DNA of 50,055 nt from a virus (Duplodnaviria; Caudoviricetes): IMG/VR virus record IMGVR_UViG_3300037474_000056, positions 1 through 50,055 of that record; one strand, written 5' to 3'. This document shows, one piece after another, positions 44,447-50,055 of the stretch. The stretch's first letter is position 1, and each line of letters opens with the position of its first letter. A program made the translations under genes and the position numbers. The notes beneath the pieces are model-generated. The model was not told the DNA's origin. It worked only from the letters and a program-made list of their open reading frames with translations, and ran no database searches.

Positions 44447-44863
44447 ATGCCGATACCCGAGGAACACAACGTGCCCGACCGCCGCGCACAGCCTCCAGTG
44501 GACCTGAACGTGATCGCCTACCAAGTAGGAGCCCTCCAGACAGCGCTCGACAAAGGTCTCAGCGCCCTCGAACGGGTACTGGAGAAAGGCTTGGACGCTG
44601 TCGCGACCCGCCTGGACAAGATCGAAGAACGCCAAGCGAGCACCGAGCTCAAGCTCGAAAGGCAAGACGCCCGCCTGCAAGCGCTCGAGGAATACAAGAC
44701 CGAGCTTGAGAAACGGGATGCTGCTGCCGCCGCCGCGGCCGCATCCGACCTCAAGGCGGCCACAACGGAGTCCCAGCACATGAAGACGCTGCGGATGCTC
44801 GGAGGGTTCTTGGTCGGCGCTGCCGTTGTCGGCGGATTGATTCTCGCGATCCTGGCCGGGTGA
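44447..44863 (+). CDS. Coiled-coil membrane protein of the lysis cassette
   Basis: GGAGG RBS; heptad repeats and a C-terminal TM helix. Confidence 0.75.
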   Translation: MPIPEEHNVPDRRAQPPVDLNVIAYQVGALQTALDKGLSALERVLEKGLDAVATRLDKIEERQASTELKLERQDARLQALEEYKTELEKRDAAAAAAAASDLKAATTESQHMKTLRMLGGFLVGAAVVGGLILAILAG

Positions 44864-44872
44864 CCTGAACCC

Positions 44873-45127
44873 TTGTCGACACTTCAAGCCTTGGCGCTTC
44901 TGCGCCTCGTGATTGTTGTCGTGCCCCTGTACTTCGTGGTGCGTAGCCGCTACTGGATTCTCGCCGCGGTACTGGTAATCGCCGCTTTGGTGCAACTGCT
45001 CGCCGCGTTGAACGTGGCCCGTGAGGCGACCGGCGCGATCGCGGTGATCGTGTACGGCCTGTTGGCCGCGCACGCGATGGACGTGTCCCGGCGCAAGCAC
45101 CCTCGCGCCGCCCACCAAGACAAGTAG
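44873..45127 (+). CDS. Three-TM membrane protein (holin-like)
   Basis: Three hydrophobic segments and a basic tail. Confidence 0.55.
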   Translation: MSTLQALALLRLVIVVVPLYFVVRSRYWILAAVLVIAALVQLLAALNVAREATGAIAVIVYGLLAAHAMDVSRRKHPRAAHQDK

Positions 45128-45158
45128 TCGAAAGGCCGCCCCTTGAGGAGGGGTCCAT

Positions 45159-45389
45159 ATGCAGAAGACCGTCGGCGTTTCGCCGAAGCTGATCGTCGCT
45201 GGCCTCGCCGCCGTCGCGACGTACCTCGTCACCCAGACCGTGCTCGAGCTCCCGCCGTGGGCGGTCCTGCTCTGCCAGGTCGTCGTCATCCTCGCCGGCG
45301 TGTACGCGGCCCCGCCCGGGCAGGTCCAGACCCTGGACCCGTCCGCAGAGACCCGGGACCTCCACGAGAACCCTGACCTCGGTGTGTGA
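45159..45389 (+). CDS. Putative holin
   Basis: GAGGAGG RBS; two TM helices; coupled to the endolysin. Confidence 0.7.
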   Translation: MQKTVGVSPKLIVAGLAAVATYLVTQTVLELPPWAVLLCQVVVILAGVYAAPPGQVQTLDPSAETRDLHENPDLGV

Positions 45390-45982
45390 TGGCCAAAGCG
45401 ATCAAGGCCCTCGCCGGCAACAACGGCGGCCGGGTCTTCGACTACCGCGGCACCGGAGCGATCACCGCGAACGGTGGCCGCATCCCGCTACTCGCGATGG
45501 TCGAGCACATCCCGGTCGTGCCGAACAAGCCCGGCACGGAGGACTTCGACACGCTCGCCCGTGTGATCCGCGCGCAGGGTCTGGGGTTGCAGGCGGCGAC
45601 GGACCGTGAGGGCAACGTCGCCCTTTTCACGAACCTGAACCGCATGTGCTTCCAGGCCCGCGGCCTGAACGCCGCGTCGTGTGGCGTCGAGCACATGCAC
45701 ATGACGACCGGGGAGGCGTGGACCCGTGAGCAGTTCAACGCGTCCGCGTGGCTGTGGCATTACGCCAAGGTCGTCTACGGCCTCAAGAAGCGCCGCGGCC
45801 GGCTCGCCCCGGCCGGGCCGGGGCTCGCCCGGGTCGTCAGGACGGGGCACGTCACGCATCAGGAGGTGTCGACGGCGGCCCGGTTCAACGACCGGTCCGA
45901 TCCGGGGCCGGGCTACGACTTCGAGTATGTCCAGCACGCCGCGAACTACTTCGGGAGGCGCCGTACGTTCAAGGGCGCCTGA
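45389..45982 (+). CDS. Endolysin, amidase-2-like
   Basis: VEH, DREG, GLN..SCGVEH, THQEVS....RSDPG; no obvious cell-wall-binding domain. Confidence 0.8.
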   Translation: MAKAIKALAGNNGGRVFDYRGTGAITANGGRIPLLAMVEHIPVVPNKPGTEDFDTLARVIRAQGLGLQAATDREGNVALFTNLNRMCFQARGLNAASCGVEHMHMTTGEAWTREQFNASAWLWHYAKVVYGLKKRRGRLAPAGPGLARVVRTGHVTHQEVSTAARFNDRSDPGPGYDFEYVQHAANYFGRRRTFKGA

Positions 45983-46021
45983 AGCTGTCCGCCCCTTGAG
46001 GCACAATCGAATGACCGTCCT

Positions 46022-46055
46022 GAACGCCTCGTCGGCCTTGCCCGGCGGGGCGTTC
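46022..46055. terminator. Hairpin after the endolysin
   Basis: GAACGCCTCGTCGG/CCGGCGGGGCGTTC stem with G-U pairs. Confidence 0.55.
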
Positions 46056-46319
46056 CGCCGTTTAAGGGCCAAACAACGGTTGGGAACCCTTGTCCTGTCA
46101 CGGCCCGTACTCGTACATCCGTCGAGGTCCGATCCCGTACCAAGTTGGCTCGGTCGCATTCTCCCTGCTCCTTGCGGTCAAAGCACAAATTCGTCCAAGA
46201 ATCACCGTCCGGATCGTGACGGTTGCGACAACCCGCGCCGAGGGTCTAGCTTTCACATCTCGTTTCGGCTGATGGGCGGGGGACCGCTAAGGGGAAGGGT
46301 CGGCCCGCCAGCCGGAGGC

Positions 46320-46577
46320 ATGGAATCCCCCCGACGCTGGAGCCGCCATATGCACGCAATGCCGATGATTCAGCTCCCCCAAAACGAAGCGTGCGCCCGG
46401 GGGTGTGAGATCGTGGCGGCATCGGCGCAGGCCGTGGGGGAGGCGACGCCTGGACCGGACGCGGACTTGTTCTTGGAGCTCGCCGATGGTCTCAGGCGGC
46501 AGGCCGCCACTCTGCGGGGAGGGCGTCCAGGAGACTCCCGGTGCTCTTCCGCGCGTCTTCGTCTGGTGCGGGGATGA
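46320..46577 (+). CDS. Hypothetical protein convergent with the repressor
   Basis: GGAGG RBS; overlaps the 3' end of the repressor gene. Confidence 0.4.
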   Translation: MESPRRWSRHMHAMPMIQLPQNEACARGCEIVAASAQAVGEATPGPDADLFLELADGLRRQAATLRGGRPGDSRCSSARLRLVRG

Positions 46578-46950
46578 GCGCGAGCGCGGCGAGGATCATG
46601 TCGAGTTTTCGTTCGATCGCGTCTAGCTGAGATCGGCTCTCGTCCGGGGCCATAACCCCGGCTAGATCTGGGGTCTTGGTCTTGTCCGGCTCAGACATCA
46701 TGAAGTAGCTCACCGGAACGCCGAGAACGCCGGCGAGCGACTCGAGGGCGTCATCGCGCGGCCGGTTCTTACCGCGCTCCCATAGAGAGATCCGGTTGTG
46801 CGTGATCTTGCCCGGCATGCGACGGGCGACGTCGTCCTGCGTGAGGCCAAGTTCCTCGCGGCGGTCGCGGATGCGCGCGCCCATTCGCTCTAGGTACTCG
46901 GCGGCCATGAGTTCGAACCTACGGGCGGCCAGGCTCTTTGTCTTTGTCAT
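46492..46950 (-). CDS. CI-like XRE repressor
   Basis: RIRDRREELGLTQDDVA...ISLWERGKNRP....LAGVLGV; divergent from the Cro-like gene. Confidence 0.88.
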   Translation of the reverse strand: MTKTKSLAARRFELMAAEYLERMGARIRDRREELGLTQDDVARRMPGKITHNRISLWERGKNRPRDDALESLAGVLGVPVSYFMMSEPDKTKTPDLAGVMAPDESRSQLDAIERKLDMILAALALIPAPDEDARKSTGSLLDALPAEWRPAA

Positions 46951-46965
46951 TTCGCTATCTCTCGC

Positions 46966-47015
46966 TTGACTAGCTACGAAAGAATGAGTATGCTCACTTC
47001 GAAATGGCTAGTCAA
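46966..47015. promoter_or_regulatory. Overlapping, oppositely oriented promoters of the genetic switch
   Basis: + strand TTGACT(46966-71)-17-TATGCT(46989-94); - strand TTGACT(47015-10)-17-CATACT(46992-87). Confidence 0.75.
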
Positions 47016-47249
47016 CCCTCTCGTCAAATCAAGACCATCGTCGCCGCGAACGTGCAGGCCGCGCGGCTCTCGCAGGGCCTGACGCAGAGCCAGCTCGCAG
47101 CGCAGATCGGCGTCGAGAGCATGGCTGTCAGCCGTTGGGAGCGCGGGCAGGTTCGCCCGTCTGACTCGAACCTTCAGGCGCTCGCGTCCGTGTTGGGCCA
47201 CGACCCGTCGTGGTTCTTCGTCGACCGCAACAAGAAGGCAGCCGCATGA
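47004..47249 (+). CDS. Cro-like XRE regulator
   Basis: ARLSQGLTQSQLAAQIGV....VSRWERGQVRP. Confidence 0.88.
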   Translation: MASQPSRQIKTIVAANVQAARLSQGLTQSQLAAQIGVESMAVSRWERGQVRPSDSNLQALASVLGHDPSWFFVDRNKKAAA

Positions 47250-47623
47250 CCCACGCTGAGGTCGTCAACGCGCTCCGCAACGACGTCGAGACGCACTGCG
47301 ACGTCTACACCAACTCACGCCGGGGGCACCAGGCGCACGGACAGCAGCAATCACATGGCGTGAGCGAGGCTCGCCTCGCTGCTGCTGGTGGGCACCCGAG
47401 TCACGCGACGCGCCCCGAGGAGGCCTACCGTGACGGGCGGGGCGCGTCGCCCACTCCTGACAACGAGTGCGGCTGCGGTCACCGCTCCGGTGACCACCAG
47501 CGCATCCGCGGCGCCGGCATGTTCGCCCGGCAGTCCGGCCGGTGCCTGTACTGCGAGTGCTCTGGCTTCACCGAGCCGACGTTGCGGACGGTCCCTGGGA
47601 CGAACGGCAGGCGCCATGTCTGA
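47246..47623 (+). CDS. Hypothetical protein with CxCGH Zn domain
   Basis: CGCGH..DH...CLYCECSGF. Confidence 0.6.
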   Translation: MTHAEVVNALRNDVETHCDVYTNSRRGHQAHGQQQSHGVSEARLAAAGGHPSHATRPEEAYRDGRGASPTPDNECGCGHRSGDHQRIRGAGMFARQSGRCLYCECSGFTEPTLRTVPGTNGRRHV

Positions 47624-47867
47624 ACTCTCCGACGCGATGGTCACCGTCGTCCTGTTCTGGGCGTACGCGTGCGGCGTCACCCTCATCGTGCTCGGCGTGG
47701 TGTGCGCGTACTACTGGCTCGAGGAGCACTCCAACCCGGTCACGGACTGGTGGGTTGGCCGGCATCGCAAGCGCGCGCTGGCGGAGATCGATGCGCTGTA
47801 CGGCATCCCGGTGATGGACGGGAGCGAGTGGCCCTCGTGGCCGTCGTCGCGTGAGGGGGCGATCTAG
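47616..47867 (+). CDS. Membrane protein
   Basis: Long N-terminal hydrophobic segment. Confidence 0.6.
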   Translation: MSELSDAMVTVVLFWAYACGVTLIVLGVVCAYYWLEEHSNPVTDWWVGRHRKRALAEIDALYGIPVMDGSEWPSWPSSREGAI

Positions 47868-48146
47868 GTGCCTGGACAGACAAGCACGCGAGAATGGCTG
47901 GCCGAGGCGCTGATCGTCGGCACGTTCAGCAGCAGGTGCGGCGCGTGCGGGCGCGGAGCGTTCCCGAGCGACGAGACGCACGACCGCCTCGCCGGCTACG
48001 GCTGCGCTGGCGAAGCCACTGACTGTGGCGTCCGCTGGCGGTTCGTGACCACCGACTACGCCGGGCCGCACATGGAGGAGGCGACGCGCAACCTGCGTCC
48101 CGACCTCGAATGGCGGCCGCTGTTCCCTGACACGAGGGCCGCGTGA
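47868..48146 (+). CDS. Cys-containing hypothetical protein
   Basis: GAGGGG RBS; CGAC...H...CG. Confidence 0.65.
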   Translation: MPGQTSTREWLAEALIVGTFSSRCGACGRGAFPSDETHDRLAGYGCAGEATDCGVRWRFVTTDYAGPHMEEATRNLRPDLEWRPLFPDTRAA

Positions 48147-48388
48147 TGCAGGAGCCTCGTCAGGAAAGCAGCGGAGAATTCGGGCGCTACCAGTGCCTGT
48201 GCGCTGAGGGGTTCCCGGAGGCTTGCCCGTGCCGCGAGGGTGAGGTTGAGGCCATGCGTCGCGTCCTCAGTTCTGCCGACGGCACCGTGGAGCCGTGGGC
48301 CGACCACCACTACAGGGCGGAGGCGTGCGCCGCCCTGCGTGTTCTGTTCGAGGAGGGCTACGTGCTCGTGGAGCGGCCCGATGCCTAG
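48143..48388 (+). CDS. Hypothetical protein
   Basis: GTGA coupling. Confidence 0.6.
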   Translation: MMQEPRQESSGEFGRYQCLCAEGFPEACPCREGEVEAMRRVLSSADGTVEPWADHHYRAEACAALRVLFEEGYVLVERPDA

Positions 48389-48800
48389 CGAGAGCCGCCA
48401 AGAAAGCACGCAGTTGCAGAAGGCTGCGCCGTGTGAGCACGCCTTCCAGCACCACCCGATGTCCGACGACTTCGGCGTCTGCTCCAAGTGCGGTGCCGAG
48501 GAGGACTTCGACGCGCCATCCACTGAGGGCGGCGCATCCCGCGACGAGCAGCCGACCGGCCGCGAGTGCCCGTACTGCGGGTGCCACTTCCGGCGCCTGT
48601 CCGACGAGCGCGGCCACAACTGCGCGGCCGGGCAGCGGATGCGGGACGCCGCCCTCACCGCCAGCGGGGGGGCCGTATCGGCTGGCGATCTCGACCGACT
48701 GCTTCGCGACGTGGACGCCTACTTCGCGGGCGCTCATGTCAACGCGGGCGTGGTGATCGGCCAGATCCGGTCGCGGATCAAGGGGTTGCCCGATGCCTGA
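48381..48800 (+). CDS. Zn-binding hypothetical protein
   Basis: CEH...CSKCG and CPYCG...HNC. Confidence 0.65.
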   Translation: MPSESRQESTQLQKAAPCEHAFQHHPMSDDFGVCSKCGAEEDFDAPSTEGGASRDEQPTGRECPYCGCHFRRLSDERGHNCAAGQRMRDAALTASGGAVSAGDLDRLLRDVDAYFAGAHVNAGVVIGQIRSRIKGLPDA

Positions 48801-49092
48801 TTCCCGCGTGCTTCGGGACAAGACCTCCCTGTCGACGCGACAGCGTCAGGTGCTCACGTCGGTGTACCGCTGCGGTCCCTGCGCCAGCACCGAATACCAC
48901 GTCTGGAAGCAGGGCCGGACGCTCGGGTTCTGGAGTGCGCTGGCGCTCTACGACCACCTCAAGAAGCTGACCGACCGTGGCTACCTGACCCGCTCCGGCG
49001 GGCGGGGTAGCTACCAGTACCGGCTCACAGAGAAGGGCGCGGACGCGATCAACGCGAGGTTCCTCACGAGTCCGTGGGAGGGCAGCGACTGA
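48793..49092 (+). CDS. LexA-N-like winged-helix protein
   Basis: LSTRQRQVL...LYDHLKKLTDRGYL.R...YRLTEKG. Confidence 0.65.
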   Translation: MPDSRVLRDKTSLSTRQRQVLTSVYRCGPCASTEYHVWKQGRTLGFWSALALYDHLKKLTDRGYLTRSGGRGSYQYRLTEKGADAINARFLTSPWEGSD

Positions 49093-49283
49093 TGTGGGAC
49101 ACCGACCGCATCCGCCGCGCCCAGCGCGTCGTCGTCGACCACGCCGAGTTCGAACGCAAGCGCCAGCAGCAGGCGCAGGAGCGCGAAAGCCATAACCGCC
49201 TGTACCGCCCGACGGGGAACGTCGTCCCGCTCGGCTCGCGTGCGCGCGTGTACGAGTGGCCGGAAGGAGACAACGTCGCATGA
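49092..49283 (+). CDS. Hypothetical protein
   Basis: TGATG coupling. Confidence 0.6.
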   Translation: MWDTDRIRRAQRVVVDHAEFERKRQQQAQERESHNRLYRPTGNVVPLGSRARVYEWPEGDNVA

Positions 49284-49630
49284 GTATCACCGCCCACTAC
49301 AGCCATGCTCACGCAGGGTTCGCCGTTGCCGCTCGAATGTTCGATTGCACGCCCATGGTGGCGCGCGTCGCTCTAGCGATCCACGACCGCGGCGAATCAG
49401 CGACAACCCACGAGCTTGAGACCGACCTGTGCGTGCATGGCTCCGCGGTTCGCCGGGCGCTCCTGTGGATGTACGAGGCCGGCGTCGCGGTCGGTGAAGG
49501 CGACGACGGCAAGCGCCGGAGGCAGGGCGTCGTCACGCGTGTACGTCTGACGCCCGCTGGCCAAAACATGGTCTGGACCGTGCTGCGTGCCGCGCGTGCC
49601 GCGCGTGACGACCTGGAGCTGGCCGCATGA
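49280..49630 (+). CDS. Winged-helix (MarR-like) protein
   Basis: ATTHELETDL....SAVRRAL..M...G.........VRLTPAG. Confidence 0.6.
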   Translation: MSITAHYSHAHAGFAVAARMFDCTPMVARVALAIHDRGESATTHELETDLCVHGSAVRRALLWMYEAGVAVGEGDDGKRRRQGVVTRVRLTPAGQNMVWTVLRAARAARDDLELAA

Positions 49631-49956
49631 GGCCGTTCCGCAACCGGCACGAGTACGGCGAGACGTACGCGCAGTACGAGCAGCGCGCGCGTGACCGCGC
49701 CGACACCGTCCACACCGAGGACCTCCCCGGCGACCATGAGGCTGCGTACGCGCCGGTGCCGTGGTGGGCGATCGACCCGTCTTTCAAGCTTGCGCCTGTC
49801 CCGATGCCCTCTCACTTGCTCGGGTCGCGCAAGAACCCCGCCGCGCTCTCCTCAGGTCATGGAACCCCACGCGGCGGTGGGCAAGACGCGCGGCCGGCCG
49901 GCTTGGGGGGATCTCGCCGGCTGGCCGCGCACCCCTCCACCAAGGAGGCAGCGTGA
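49627..49956 (+). CDS. Hypothetical protein
   Basis: ATGA/GTGA coupled; ends in KEAA like many genes in this genome. Confidence 0.55.
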   Translation: MRPFRNRHEYGETYAQYEQRARDRADTVHTEDLPGDHEAAYAPVPWWAIDPSFKLAPVPMPSHLLGSRKNPAALSSGHGTPRGGGQDARPAGLGGSRRLAAHPSTKEAA

Positions 49957-50055
49957 AGCCCACTATGAACGGCACCGAACTGCTGCTCGCGCTCGGCGCC
50001 CAAGCCGAGAAGAGCGCGCGTGACGCGACGATGCGCGGGTTCCTTCTCGGCGCCT
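49892..50055 (+). repeat. Terminal direct repeat, right copy
   Basis: Matches 1-164 with 4 mismatches. Confidence 0.95.

Larger units (their letters stand above)
47862..48833 (+). repeat. Array 2 of the same inverted-repeat sites
   Basis: Sites at 47862-93, 48146-77, about 48390-413 and 48802-33, one per consecutive gene start. Confidence 0.7.
1..50055. mobile_element. Complete temperate siphovirus-like phage genome in circular (excised) form
   Basis: Full packaging, head, tail, lysis, integration and CI/Cro modules; the ends overlap by 164 bp; no host housekeeping genes seen. Confidence 0.95.

Overview
The window is an essentially complete, circularly closed genome (unit length about 49,891 bp; bases 1-164 recur at 49892-50055) of a high-GC temperate siphovirus, very probably infecting an actinobacterium. 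In order, it holds: recombination/replication genes (Hjc-type resolvase, HNHs, RepA-like gene with iterons); a catalytic-domain-only tyrosine recombinase; a run of small accessory genes; xis/int with an intact attP-like region; a LuxR regulator and a module of fibre/beta-helix genes; HNH, cos-like region, TerS/TerL, portal-MuF fusion, protease and HK97 capsid; a tail module; lysis genes; and a CI/Cro switch. Two things stand out. (1) About 17-19 degenerate, reading-frame-locked inverted-repeat sites (consensus near TCTCGCGWGCTTC-N6-RAAGCASSSGAGA) sit just inside the 5' ends of accessory genes, in two arrays (about 4.6-10.5 kb, starting shortly after the second tyrosine recombinase, and about 47.9-48.8 kb). 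This suggests an integron-like gene-cassette shuffling system. (2) A 7.5-kb cluster of five glycosyltransferases plus a nucleotide-sugar pathway with a sugar C-methyltransferase is inserted into the head-tail joining genes, suggesting the virion is glycosylated with a branched methyl sugar. All calls come from reading motifs by eye; no database searches were run.
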